From the NCBI GenBank assembly GCA_021442595.1, contig JABUST010000218.1:1-62614 (forward strand): a stretch of 62,614 nucleotides of DNA, written 5' to 3'. The notes beneath the pieces are model-generated. The model worked only from the letters and a program-made list of their open reading frames with translations, did not search any database and was not told where the DNA came from. Below, piece by piece: positions 34,320-44,340 of this stretch (positions within the stretch are counted from its first letter, which is position 1; every line of letters begins with the position of its first letter). A program made the position numbers and the translations under genes. This DNA is from Lachnospiraceae bacterium (GTDB lineage Bacteria; Bacillota; Clostridia; Lachnospirales; Bianqueaceae).

Positions 34320-34735
34320 AGCAAACCTCCTGTGGTAGGGTAGTGCTTAAAGGGAGTTCATTTTATCATTACAGGGGGAAGGATTCAATCAATCCGAAGG
34401 AGCATAAATAATAGGTGTGGATAGTGTGGATAACTCATACACACAAAACACAGAGGCTCAAGCAGTAAAAATTGATAATAAAAGAATGAAAAAAAGCGGA
34501 TTGGAAAGAAATCGTTAGATGTATGAAAAAAGATATACACAGTTCATTTTGATAAATGTGCACAACCTGTGCATAAAATTGTGGATAACCTTATTTTTGC
34601 TGTCAGGAGAAGGTCCGGAAAATCCCTTGAATATGCGGTTTTCAAAGAAAATAATAAAGAAAAACTCCTTGACGATTGAGTAATCGATGCGTATAATGTT
34701 CGGGTATGTGCTCTAAATAAAGGAGGTGTCCAATT
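34320..34735. other. oriC segment upstream of dnaA (DnaA boxes plus AT-rich tracts)
   Basis: Perfect TGTGGATAA boxes lie at 34425-34433 and 34580-34588. One-mismatch boxes are TGTGGATAG at 34416-34424 and TGTGCATAA at 34568-34576. AT-rich runs lie at about 34466-34500 and 34640-34665. Confidence 0.75.
34669..34697 (+). promoter_or_regulatory. sigma-A-type promoter of rpmH
   Basis: TTGACG, 17 nt, TATAAT. Confidence 0.6.
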
Positions 34736-34870
34736 ATGGTAACAACATATCGTCCGAAGACCAAGCAGCGCAAGAGAGAGCATGGTTTCAGAAAGAGAAT
34801 GGCTACTGCCAATGGCCGTAAGGTTCTTTCCAGAAGAAGAAGAAAGGGCAGAAAGGTTCTTACTGCCTGA
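34736..34870 (+). CDS. rpmH: 50S ribosomal protein L34 (not in the ORF track)
   Basis: My own translation gives [44 protein letters not shown]. The RBS aaaggagg lies upstream and a terminator hairpin follows. Confidence 0.95.
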   Translation: MVTTYRPKTKQRKREHGFRKRMATANGRKVLSRRRRKGRKVLTA

Positions 34871-34888
34871 TTTCTCATATCCGATTGA

Positions 34889-34923
34889 GATAGAACCGGC
34901 TCATGAAGCCGGTTCTATCTTTA
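34889..34923 (+). terminator. stem-loop after rpmH (attenuating terminator)
   Basis: Stem gatagaaccggc-tcatgaa-gccggttctatc followed by ttt. Confidence 0.6.
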
Positions 34924-34942
34924 TCCTCATTTTCTCTGCGGA

Positions 34943-35272
34943 ATGGAAAGCTTAAAAAAACAACAATTCAGTGCCGTTTATACTAATGGTAGATCCCGCG
35001 CAGACCACCTGATCGTTATGTATGTATTGGAAAACGATCGGCCCTATAACCGTCTGGGAATCACTGTATCAAAAAAAGTCGGAAACAGTGTAGTGCGTCA
35101 TCGCGTTAAGAGAATCATCAAGGAGGCTTATCGCCTCCATGAAGATGAATTCTCCTCCGGTTGGGATATCGTCATCATTGCCCGCCGCGATACAATCGAC
35201 AAAAAGAGCACAGACATGGAAAAATCACTGCGGAAGCTGGGCAGGATCTGTAAGATCATCGAGAAGCATTAA
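34943..35272 (+). CDS. rnpA: ribonuclease P protein component
   Basis: A 109-aa basic protein that sits after rpmH, with LKKQQFSAVYTNGRS...RLGITVSKKVGNSVVRHRVKR. Confidence 0.9.
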   Translation: MESLKKQQFSAVYTNGRSRADHLIVMYVLENDRPYNRLGITVSKKVGNSVVRHRVKRIIKEAYRLHEDEFSSGWDIVIIARRDTIDKKSTDMEKSLRKLGRICKIIEKH

Positions 35273-35275
35273 ATT

Positions 35276-35485
35276 ATGAAGAGATTTTTGCTTTTTTTGA
35301 TCCGCATCTATCAAAAATGGATTTCACCGCTTAAGAAACCTTGCTGTCGGTTTTACCCCACCTGCTCCTGCTATGCAAAGGAAGCTATTATGAAATACGG
35401 TGCGGGAAAAGGAACAAAGCTGGCTATTAAGCGGATCTTGCGTTGTCATCCTTTTCATGAGGGAGGGTATGATCCCGTTCCCTGA
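35276..35485 (+). CDS. yidD: membrane protein insertion efficiency factor YidD
   Basis: Contains [38 protein letters not shown]. Confidence 0.9.
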   Translation: MKRFLLFLIRIYQKWISPLKKPCCRFYPTCSCYAKEAIMKYGAGKGTKLAIKRILRCHPFHEGGYDPVP

Positions 35486-35532
35486 TGAAAAAAGAATGAT
35501 GATGCAAAGCTCACAGAGAGGAATATGTATCC

Positions 35533-36924
35533 ATGAATTTTACTGCACTTGCAGCAACTAAAAATTGGCTGTTAAAGCCCTTTGCTCTTCTGCTGGGTCT
35601 GATTTTTAACGGCCTTTTTGCGCTCATCAGCGGATGGTCCGACTCTCAGGCTCTTGGTATCTCCATTATCCTTTTCACTTTTATTACCCGTCTTCTGATG
35701 ACGCCCCTGATGTTCAATCAGCAGCGTTCTTCCCGCCGCATGACCAGACTGCAGCCAAAGATCCAGAAGATCCAGGAAAAATATAAAGGAAAGACGGATC
35801 CGGAGTCCAATCAGCGCATGCAGGCCGAGACTCAGGCTCTATATAAGGAAAACAATGCCAGCCCCATGGCCGGATGTCTGCCTCTTCTGATTCAGATGCC
35901 CATCATTTTTGCTCTGTTTGAGGTTCTCCGAAACGTTCCTTTTTACGTTAACGATATCGGGTCCTATTACAGAGAGATGGCAGAGATGGTCATGGGAGTC
36001 AGCGGTAGCGGTTCCTATATTACTGAAAGCTTTGAAACTGTCATCAAGGGTCTGAAAAACTTTGATGTGACCACCACAGATTCTGTGATGGATCTTCTCT
36101 ATCATTTGAATTCTACCCAGTGGGCAGAACTGATGGAGAAGCTGGGACTGAATGCCAATGCAGCTTTCCAGACTGCCTATCAGAGTGTGACCCATCTGAA
36201 TACCTTCGGCGCAGGTTTTCTTACTTTTAATCTGACTGAAGCTCCCGGCTGGACAGGATGGAATCTTGTGATTCCTGTACTGGCAGGCATCACTACCTTT
36301 ATTCAGAGTTTTGTTACTCAGAAAACCAATGAGACCCGTCAGAAAATGGCAAGCCCCGACGGCATTGCCGATCAGTCTCAAAAGTCCATGAAGTACATGA
36401 ATTACTTCTTCCCTGTCATGACCCTTTTCTTTGCGGTATCCATGCCTGCAGGTCTTGGTCTGTACTGGATCGCATCCAACGTGTTCGGTCTGATATCTCA
36501 GCTGATCATGGATGCTGTTCTGGATAAGCAGGAATATAAAGAAGCTCTGAAGAGAAGAGACGAGCTGATCGCCAAGCGCGAAGCAGCTGCCAGAGATAAG
36601 TCTCATCTGGACAAGAAAACCGGCGGACGCCTCGGATCTTCTAATACACAGAGCAAGTCTGCCCTGTCCGGAGGAAGTAAATTAAATAAAACCACCATGC
36701 CCGTTAAGCCTGTTATCGATGCGGAAGATTCTGAAATCCGCGAGGTTTCGGCGCCTGTGGAGGCAGTGGTGAAGGAGGAGCTGCAGGAGACGGAGGAAGA
36801 AACCACCACCTATCAAACTGCAGAAGTTATGCAGGAAGATACTGTACAGAATGAAAGCGTACAGGATGAAGCCCTGCAGGAAGAGGTCGAAAAAGCAGTA
36901 GAGACCCAGGAGGACTCAGAATGA
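35533..36924 (+). CDS. yidC: YidC/Oxa1-family membrane insertase with long acidic C-terminal tail
   Basis: Contains the conserved [29 protein letters not shown]-type motif. About 120 aa at the C-terminus are low-complexity. Confidence 0.9.
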   Translation: [463 protein letters not shown]

Positions 36925-37910
36925 GATCCGTTGAAGTAACCGGAAAAACAAAAGACGAGGCTATCACCAAAGCCATCATTGAACTTGGTGTGCCTGAGGA
37001 ACAGGTAGACATTCAGGTCCTTTCCGAAGGCGGCAAGGGACTGATGGGACTGTTCTCCAAAGGATATAAGATCCTCGCCACCATAAAGGATGACGCAGAA
37101 CCTGTCATTCAGAAGAAAGAAGAAACAGAAGATAAGCCTTCTGAGAGATTACTGGCTGCGATTGATAAGAATGAAGCATCCCACAGCATTCAGGTGGAAG
37201 GTCTGACTGTGACGGGAGAGAAGGTCATCATTAATGATACCATCGAGCAGAGACTGCGTAAGGCCAAAGCCAATCAGAATAATGAAGCCGGCGCCGGTGC
37301 AGAGGACCGTTCTGAAGGAAAGCGCCGTGAATACCGAAGAAATGACCGTTTCGAGAGACGCAGCTACAGAGATGAAGAAGCCCGGGAAGAAATCAAGGAA
37401 CAGGAGCCTGTGGTCTTCGAGCCCAAGACTTATGAGATCCCTGCAGATGCAGAGGATGTCATTGCCAGAACCTGCAGCTTTCTGAAGGATCTGCTGGCTA
37501 ACATGGGAATTGATGCCACCGTTACCGGCGCCTTTTCCGAGGCCGGCATTCTGGAAATTGATATTGCCGGAGAAGGCATGGGCCTGATTATCGGAAAGCG
37601 GGGCGCTACCCTGGATTCTCTTCAGTATCTGGCCACCCTTGTTATCAATAAAGATCGCAAGGATCATGTGCGCATGAAGCTGGATACGGAAGGTTACAGA
37701 AGCCGCCGTCAGGAGACTCTGGAAAAACTGGCTATCAACATGGCCAAAAAGGCAAAGCGCACCGGTCATCGTGTGGTGCTGGAGCCCATGAATCCCTACG
37801 AGAGACGCATTATTCATGCAACTCTGCAGACGGAGAGCGGCGTAGAGACTCACAGCGATGGTGAAGAGCCTTATCGTAAAGTCATCATCAGTCCCAAGAG
37901 AAGACACTAA
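36921..37910 (+). CDS. jag: Jag/KhpB RNA-binding protein (Jag_N, KH, R3H)
   Basis: Has an N-terminal Jag_N region (EVTGKTKDEAITKAIIELG), IGKRGATLDSLQYL (KH) and LEPMNPYERRIIHATL (R3H). It overlaps the yidC stop. Confidence 0.9.
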   Translation: MRSVEVTGKTKDEAITKAIIELGVPEEQVDIQVLSEGGKGLMGLFSKGYKILATIKDDAEPVIQKKEETEDKPSERLLAAIDKNEASHSIQVEGLTVTGEKVIINDTIEQRLRKAKANQNNEAGAGAEDRSEGKRREYRRNDRFERRSYRDEEAREEIKEQEPVVFEPKTYEIPADAEDVIARTCSFLKDLLANMGIDATVTGAFSEAGILEIDIAGEGMGLIIGKRGATLDSLQYLATLVINKDRKDHVRMKLDTEGYRSRRQETLEKLAINMAKKAKRTGHRVVLEPMNPYERRIIHATLQTESGVETHSDGEEPYRKVIISPKRRH

Positions 37911-38009
37911 TCAGCGCAATAAGAAAAGCCGTGTCTGTCGATCATGTTAACGGCAGACGCGGCTTATTCTTTACAGAAATCAGACATCACTGACAGAAAG
38001 GAGAGAACC

Positions 38010-39503
38010 ATGGAAGAGAGCACTATCTGCGCCCTGTCCACCCCTGCGGGAACCGGCGGGATTGCTGTTATCCGCGTATCCGGTCCGGATGCCCGGAAGC
38101 TGACGGATAAGATCTTTAAAGGAAGCTCTCTGCAAAAAGTTCCTTCCCACCGGGCAGTACACGGATATATCCTGGATGCTGCCACCGGTGAAGTCATTGA
38201 TGAAGTCATGGCTCTTCCCATGAAGGGTCCCCGCACCTTTACCGGGGAGGATACGGTGGAGATCAGCTGCCACGGCGGCATGTATATCTGCCGCAGGATT
38301 CTGGAATCTCTTTTGAAGGCGGGGTGCTGCCTTGCAGAAAAGGGAGAGTTTACCAAACGGGCTTTCCTGAACGGAAAGATGGATCTGAACGAGGCGGAAG
38401 CGATCATGGATATGATCGGCGCCCGGACCTCCTGCTCTCTCCGTGCGGCTTTGGGACAGCTGGAAGGGGCTTTGTCCGGGAAGATCAGTCACATTCGCCA
38501 TACGCTGCTGGATCTTCTGGTGCAGATGGAAGTGAACATCGATTATCCTGAATATGACGTACCCGAGATCACGGATCAACAGGTTTTTGAGACTCTCAGA
38601 CAGGTGAAGGCGGAGACGGATGGGCTTCTGAAGAGCGCTGACAGCGGGCAGATGCTCCGCTTAGGCATAGCTGCTGCCCTGGTGGGAAGCCCCAATGTGG
38701 GAAAAAGCACCATTCTGAATCTGATGCTGGGCCGCCAGCGAGCCATAGTGACAGAGATTCCCGGTACAACCCGGGATGTGCTGGAGGAGATGCTGGATCT
38801 GGATGGAATCCCGGTACGGCTTATGGATACCGCCGGCATCCGCAGCACCGAGGACGTGGTGGAAAAGATAGGTGTGGAGCGCAGCCTGGCTTCCATGGAA
38901 GCATGTGACCTGGTCCTCTGGGTACTGGATGCTTCCCTCCTCAAGTCAAAGGGATCGGCTGTATTTCCGGATGAAGAGGAACAGGCTCTTTGGAAGAAGA
39001 TCTGCCTGCGTCCTCATTTGCTTCTTATTAATAAGAAGGATCTTTTGCAGGGTGAGGGGAAGGATCTTCTTTCCTCTCTGGCAGCGTCTCTTTCTTCCCT
39101 GGTTTCCTCCCGAAGCCTGGAAGATGGGGATGAAACTGCTTTTGCCGCCCCTGACCCGGACGAGATTCTAAACAGCATGGTGCTTTTGTCTGCAAAAGAA
39201 GAAGAAAGGGACCCTCAACATCAGGAGGGACTGCAGGAAATTTCCGGAAAGATCCGGGAGATGTTCTTTTCCGGAGATATGTTGGATCCCGGAAAGCCTC
39301 TGGTGACCAATGCCAGGCAGAAAGAAGCCCTCATCCGGGCCGGAGAGGCTCTGGACAGGGCTCTTCAGGGGGAGGGAATGCCCCAGGATCTCTTGTCTAT
39401 CGATATTCGGGATGCCTTTGAAGCTCTGGGTGAAGTCAACGGAACCAGCGCCGGGGAGGAGATCGTTACGGAGATCTTCAGCCGATTCTGTCTGGGAAAA
39501 TAA
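38010..39503 (+). CDS. mnmE: tRNA modification GTPase MnmE
   Basis: Contains TICALSTPAGTGGIAVIRVSG, GSPNVGKSTILN, DTAGIR and the C-terminal FCLGK. I moved the start to ATG 38010, which follows the RBS aaaggagag. Confidence 0.95.
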   Translation: MEESTICALSTPAGTGGIAVIRVSGPDARKLTDKIFKGSSLQKVPSHRAVHGYILDAATGEVIDEVMALPMKGPRTFTGEDTVEISCHGGMYICRRILESLLKAGCCLAEKGEFTKRAFLNGKMDLNEAEAIMDMIGARTSCSLRAALGQLEGALSGKISHIRHTLLDLLVQMEVNIDYPEYDVPEITDQQVFETLRQVKAETDGLLKSADSGQMLRLGIAAALVGSPNVGKSTILNLMLGRQRAIVTEIPGTTRDVLEEMLDLDGIPVRLMDTAGIRSTEDVVEKIGVERSLASMEACDLVLWVLDASLLKSKGSAVFPDEEEQALWKKICLRPHLLLINKKDLLQGEGKDLLSSLAASLSSLVSSRSLEDGDETAFAAPDPDEILNSMVLLSAKEEERDPQHQEGLQEISGKIREMFFSGDMLDPGKPLVTNARQKEALIRAGEALDRALQGEGMPQDLLSIDIRDAFEALGEVNGTSAGEEIVTEIFSRFCLGK

Positions 39504-39643
39504 GAACAGAGCCCGTCTCGAAGTCAGTAAAGGGCCTGTCTTGAGAATCCGTAACGGATCTGTCATTTATAGTAAGCAAAGATTCCGGCTGAATTAGCAG
39601 CCACAGACCGTAGATATAAATAAAAAATTAACGAGGATACACT

Positions 39644-41506
39644 ATGTATACAGAACAGGCCATGGATGTGGCGGTGATCGGCGGAGGACATGCCGGCTGT
39701 GAAGCGGCTCTTGCTGCAGCCAGACTGGGCATGAAGACCATACTGTTTGCCCTGTCTCTGGATTCCATTGCCATGATGCCTTGTAATCCCAGTATCGGTG
39801 GTACTTCCAAAGGTCATCTGGTAAGGGAGGTGGATGCCCTGGGAGGGGAGATGGGCCGCAATATCGATAAGACCTATCTGCAGATCCGCATGCTGAACAC
39901 CTCCAAGGGACCGGCAGTGTACTCTCTCCGGGCTCAGGCTGACAAATTCAGATATAAAGAGGAAATGAAATCCGTTCTGGAAAAGCAGGAAAACCTGTGG
40001 ATCCGCCAGAACGAGGTAGTCAGGATCGATGTGCAGGAGGGCCGGGTGGCCGGTGTGATTACCGCTACCGGTGCCTATTATCCCTGCAAAGCCGCCATTA
40101 TCTGCACCGGCACATACCTGAATGCCCGCTGTATACACGGAGATTATGAGACCCTTACAGGTCCCAACGGCCTGCAGTCCGCCAGAGGGGGATTGACAGA
40201 GAACATTGCCTCCTTCGGTATATCCCTGCGACGCTTTAAGACCGGCACCCCGGCCAGAGTGGACGGAAAAACCATCGACTTTTCTCAGATGGAGATCCAG
40301 GAGGGAGACCCTGTTCCGGTCCCCTTCTCCTTTGAGGATCCTGCGGAATCCCTGCAAAGACCACAGGTACCCTGCTATCTGGCCTATACCAATGAAAAGA
40401 CCCATGAGATCATTCGGGCCAACCTGCACCGCTCTCCTCTTTACGGTGGTGTGATTCACGGTGTGGGACCCAGGTACTGCCCCTCCATCGAGGATAAGGT
40501 GGTGCGCTTCGCAGATAAGGAGCGCCATCAGCTTTTTCTGGAGCCGGAAGGTGAGCATACCGGGGAATATTATGTGCAGGGCATGTCTTCCTCTCTTCCC
40601 GAGGATGTGCAGCGGGACATGCTGCGCAGCATCCGGGGCATGGAGCATGTGGAGATCATGCGCACCGGTTATGCCATTGAATATGATTGCGTGGATCCCC
40701 TGGAGCTTAAGAGCACTCTGGAGCTGAAGAAGATCCACGGACTCTTCAGCGCAGGACAGTTCAACGGCAGCTCCGGATATGAGGAGGCTGCCGCCCAGGG
40801 CATCGTGGCCGGTATCAATGCTGTCATGCTGCTGAGGGGACAGGAGCCTCTGAAGGTCGACAGGACCAACAGCTATATCGGGGTCCTCATCGACGATCTG
40901 GTGACGAAGGGCACCAATGAGCCCTACCGCATGATGACCTCCCGCTCCGAGTACCGCCTGCTGCTGCGCCAGGACAATGCTGACCTGCGCCTGACAGAGG
41001 AAGGCCACAGAGTAGGACTCATCAATGAAGATCGGTACGGGCGTTTCCTGGAGAAAAAGACCCTGATCCAAGAGGAGATCAGCAGACTGAAGACCACCCG
41101 GTCTCTGGGGGGGAGAGGTCTGCTGGGGGATCTTCTCAGACATCCTGAGGAGAGCTATGCTTCTCTTAAGGAATATGATCCCACCAGACCAGACCTTCCT
41201 TTGGAAGTGGGAGAACAGGCAGCCATTCAGATCAAATATGAGGGATATATCACCAGCCAGATGAAGCAGGTGGAGAAGGCCCGGAAGCTGGAAAGAAAAT
41301 CCATTCCCCGGGACCTGGACTATAAGGAGATCCGGGGACTTCGGCTGGAGGCCATACAGAAACTGGATGCCGTACGGCCCGAGACAGTAGGGCAGGCACA
41401 GAGGATCAGTGGTGTATCCCCTGCTGACATCAGCGTGCTGTTGGTTTATTTGGAGCAAAAGCACCTCAGAGAAAAGAAGGAAAGAGAGGAGGCGAACCAA
41501 AGATGA
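39644..41506 (+). CDS. mnmG: tRNA uridine 5-carboxymethylaminomethyl modification enzyme MnmG (GidA)
   Basis: Contains [28 protein letters not shown] and [11 protein letters not shown]. Confidence 0.97.
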   Translation: MYTEQAMDVAVIGGGHAGCEAALAAARLGMKTILFALSLDSIAMMPCNPSIGGTSKGHLVREVDALGGEMGRNIDKTYLQIRMLNTSKGPAVYSLRAQADKFRYKEEMKSVLEKQENLWIRQNEVVRIDVQEGRVAGVITATGAYYPCKAAIICTGTYLNARCIHGDYETLTGPNGLQSARGGLTENIASFGISLRRFKTGTPARVDGKTIDFSQMEIQEGDPVPVPFSFEDPAESLQRPQVPCYLAYTNEKTHEIIRANLHRSPLYGGVIHGVGPRYCPSIEDKVVRFADKERHQLFLEPEGEHTGEYYVQGMSSSLPEDVQRDMLRSIRGMEHVEIMRTGYAIEYDCVDPLELKSTLELKKIHGLFSAGQFNGSSGYEEAAAQGIVAGINAVMLLRGQEPLKVDRTNSYIGVLIDDLVTKGTNEPYRMMTSRSEYRLLLRQDNADLRLTEEGHRVGLINEDRYGRFLEKKTLIQEEISRLKTTRSLGGRGLLGDLLRHPEESYASLKEYDPTRPDLPLEVGEQAAIQIKYEGYITSQMKQVEKARKLERKSIPRDLDYKEIRGLRLEAIQKLDAVRPETVGQAQRISGVSPADISVLLVYLEQKHLREKKEREEANQR

Positions 41507-42240
41507 AGGATACATTGATGCGGTTATCCTCCCAAATGGGGATCTCCCTTACTTCGGAACAGATTCGGCAGTTTGAGATCTACGGACGCCTTCTGGTGGA
41601 ATGGAACGAGAAGATGAATCTGACCGGAATCACAGATCCGGTGGAGATCGCCCGAATGCACTTTATGGATTCTCTGGTGGGATATGAGGAGATACAAACA
41701 GCCCTGACGCAGGCAAAGGCGGAGAGAAGACAGTTGAAGCTCATAGATGTGGGTACCGGCGCCGGTTTCCCCGGCCTTCCCCTGAAGATCCTCTTTCCCG
41801 AGATCCGCCTCACCCTTCTGGATTCTTTACAGAAGCGGATCCACTTTCTGGAAGCTGTGGGAGCAGCATGCAGTCTTGAGCAGGTGGAGTACCTCCACGG
41901 CAGAGCGGAAGAGACGGCTCAGGACAGGGCATATCGGGAGACCTATGATGTGGCTGTGGCCAGAGCTGTGGCTGCCATGCCGGTCCTCATGGAATATTGC
42001 AGCGGGTATGTGAAAAAAGACGGTATTTTTATCGCCTACAAGGGACCTTCTCTTCAGGAAGAGCTGGCAGGCAGCACGAAAGCCATGCAGGTCCTTAAGC
42101 TGCGGCAGGAAAAGATCCTCCGAGCAGAGGTTCTGGGGGAGGATTATCATCACTATGTGGCGGTGTTCCGCAAGACAGGTCCCCTCAGCTTGCAATATCC
42201 CAGAAAACAAAGTAAAATCAAGTCTGCTCCGCTGACATAA
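41503..42240 (+). CDS. rsmG: 16S rRNA (guanine527-N7)-methyltransferase RsmG
   Basis: Contains WNEKMNLT...[15 protein letters not shown], and sits after mnmG. Confidence 0.92.
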   Translation: MKDTLMRLSSQMGISLTSEQIRQFEIYGRLLVEWNEKMNLTGITDPVEIARMHFMDSLVGYEEIQTALTQAKAERRQLKLIDVGTGAGFPGLPLKILFPEIRLTLLDSLQKRIHFLEAVGAACSLEQVEYLHGRAEETAQDRAYRETYDVAVARAVAAMPVLMEYCSGYVKKDGIFIAYKGPSLQEELAGSTKAMQVLKLRQEKILRAEVLGEDYHHYVAVFRKTGPLSLQYPRKQSKIKSAPLT

Positions 42241-42267
42241 GCCTATTAGAATATAAGAGGAAGTACA

Positions 42268-43980
42268 ATGAACACGAAAGCGTATATTATCGATGTGCTG
42301 GACAATCTCTGGACTTTTGTAGACCGTGAGGTGATCGAACAGAGTCTGGAAACACCTAAAGATAAAAAGATGGGAGACCTGGCGTTTCCTTGTTTTCGTT
42401 TAGCCAAGACCCTTCATAAGGCTCCGAATATGATCGCTGCCGATCTGAAGGAGCTGCTGGAGGGACAGAAGCTATTTGAGAAAGTGGAGGTGGTTGGTCC
42501 CTATGTGAACCTTACCATCGATAAAGCCTGGATGGCAGAGTTTGTGCTGGATCAGGTGGACAGCTGTGCGGAAGAAGGAAAAGTCTTCGGCACCTCTGAC
42601 GAAGGTCAGGGAAAGACGGTCATTCTGGATTATTCTTCCATTAATGTAGCTAAGCCATTCCATATCGGACATCTTCGGACCACTGTCATCGGAAACTCTT
42701 TAAAGAGGATCCATCAGTTTATGGGGTACAACACTTACTGCATCAACTATCTTGGTGATTGGGGAACTCAATTCGGTAAAATGCTGGTTGCCTACCGGAA
42801 ATGGGGAGATCCTTCCCTGGTGGAGAAGGATGGCATCCGGTATCTGGTATCTCTGTATGTTCGTTTCCACTCTGAAGCCGAGAAGAATGAGGCTCTGAAC
42901 GACGAAGCCCGGGCTGCCTTTACCTCCCTTGAAAAGGGCGATCAGGATGCACTTGCTCTGTGGCAGCATTTCATCGATGTGAGTCTGAAGGACGTGATGA
43001 AGGTTTATGAGCTTCTTGATGTTCAGTTCGACTCTTATCAGGGTGAGAGCTATTTCTGGGACAAGACTGACGAACTCCTCCGTCTTCTTGACGACAAGAA
43101 GCTGCTTTCCGACAGTGAAGGAGCTAAGATCGTTGATCTTTCTGATTTCAATATGCCTCCCTGCCTGATTCTTAAGAAGGATGGCAGTACCCTGTATGCT
43201 ACCAGAGATATTTCTTCTGCCATGTACCGCAAGAAGACCTTTGATTTCTATAAGAACATCTATATTACCGGTCTGGAGCAGATCCTCCATTTCAATCAGT
43301 GGTTTAAGGTCTGTGATATGATGGGCTTTGAATGGGCACAGGATCTGGTACACATTCCTTATGGTCTTATCTCCCTGGAGGAGGGTAAGCTTTCCACCCG
43401 TTCCGGAAATGTTATTTGGCTGGAGGATCTGCTGAAGGAAGCTATCGCCAAGACCCGATCTATTATAGAGGAGAAAAATCCCAATCTTGAGAATATCGAT
43501 GAAGTAGCTCAGCAGGTTGGTGTAGGAGCAGTAGTTTTCCACGACCTGTTTAACAACCGAATTAAGGAGATCACCTTCAGCTGGGATTCTGTGCTGAACT
43601 TTGATGGTGAGACCGGCCCTTATGTACAGTATACCTATGCCAGGGCCTCCAATGTTCTTCGAAAGGCTGAGTGGAACCGAGGTTCTCTTGAAAAAGTGGA
43701 CTATGCAGCACTAACGGATGAGTATTCACAGGAGATCCTGAAGCTGGTGGAAGCCTTCCCTGCTAAAGTTAAGGAAGCTTTGGACAAGTACGAGCCTTAC
43801 ATCGTTACCCGCTATGCGGTAGCCCTGGCCGGTGCATTTAACCGTTTCTACCATGAGAATTCGATTCTCAATGCAGATGAAGCAGATCGGAAGGCCCGCC
43901 TTAAGCTTACAGATGTGACGACCCGTATACTGAAGCAGGCTCTTTATCTTATCGGTGTCAGCGCCCCGGAGAAGATGTAA
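42268..43980 (+). CDS. argS: arginine--tRNA ligase
   Basis: Contains the class I HIGH-like motif SINVAKPFHIGHLR. The overall ArgS pattern holds over 570 aa, ending in M. Confidence 0.92.
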   Translation: MNTKAYIIDVLDNLWTFVDREVIEQSLETPKDKKMGDLAFPCFRLAKTLHKAPNMIAADLKELLEGQKLFEKVEVVGPYVNLTIDKAWMAEFVLDQVDSCAEEGKVFGTSDEGQGKTVILDYSSINVAKPFHIGHLRTTVIGNSLKRIHQFMGYNTYCINYLGDWGTQFGKMLVAYRKWGDPSLVEKDGIRYLVSLYVRFHSEAEKNEALNDEARAAFTSLEKGDQDALALWQHFIDVSLKDVMKVYELLDVQFDSYQGESYFWDKTDELLRLLDDKKLLSDSEGAKIVDLSDFNMPPCLILKKDGSTLYATRDISSAMYRKKTFDFYKNIYITGLEQILHFNQWFKVCDMMGFEWAQDLVHIPYGLISLEEGKLSTRSGNVIWLEDLLKEAIAKTRSIIEEKNPNLENIDEVAQQVGVGAVVFHDLFNNRIKEITFSWDSVLNFDGETGPYVQYTYARASNVLRKAEWNRGSLEKVDYAALTDEYSQEILKLVEAFPAKVKEALDKYEPYIVTRYAVALAGAFNRFYHENSILNADEADRKARLKLTDVTTRILKQALYLIGVSAPEKM

Positions 43981-44129
43981 ACTTTTCCTTTTTTGGCTTT
44001 TTTCAATGTGTAAGTGCTTAGTCTGAATTCTATATCTCGAAGGATCTCTTTCGTTTCGATGTATGGGCTTGGGAAATCCCCGATTTCATATGAAAGGAAA
44101 GAGATCCTTCTTCCTTTATAAGTTCATTT

Positions 44130-44145
44130 TGTTCTACGTGGAACA
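44130..44145. promoter_or_regulatory. parS site
   Basis: TGTTCTACGTGGAACA, close to the Firmicutes parS consensus TGTTNCACGTGAAACA. Confidence 0.8.
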
Positions 44146-44216
44146 TTTTTGGGTTCGGGCAAATTTCTTCATAGAACAAAACCTCAGAATGAAGTATAAT
44201 ACTCTTCGCACTGTTT

Positions 44217-44232
44217 TGTTCCACGTGGAACA
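44217..44232. promoter_or_regulatory. parS site (perfect palindrome)
   Basis: TGTTCCACGTGGAACA. Confidence 0.85.
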
Positions 44233-44302
44233 AAATCGGAAGATTGAATTTTGACGAAGAGTGAGGATGACGCTCTTCAAATACGAAAAGATGAATGTAA
44301 AA

Positions 44303-44318
44303 TGTTCTACGTGGAACA
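44303..44318. promoter_or_regulatory. parS site
   Basis: TGTTCTACGTGGAACA, 23 nt upstream of the parA start. Confidence 0.8.
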
Positions 44319-44340
44319 TTTAAGATAGACAGGAGAGAGT

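Noticed and set aside
39563-41515. A 650-aa minus-strand ORF, opposite mnmG.
   Set aside because: It is a shadow ORF of a GC-rich, highly conserved gene. MnmG on the plus strand is unambiguous.
42241-42267. An expected T-box leader upstream of argS.
   Set aside because: Only 27 nt separate rsmG and argS, so argS appears co-transcribed with the upstream genes.
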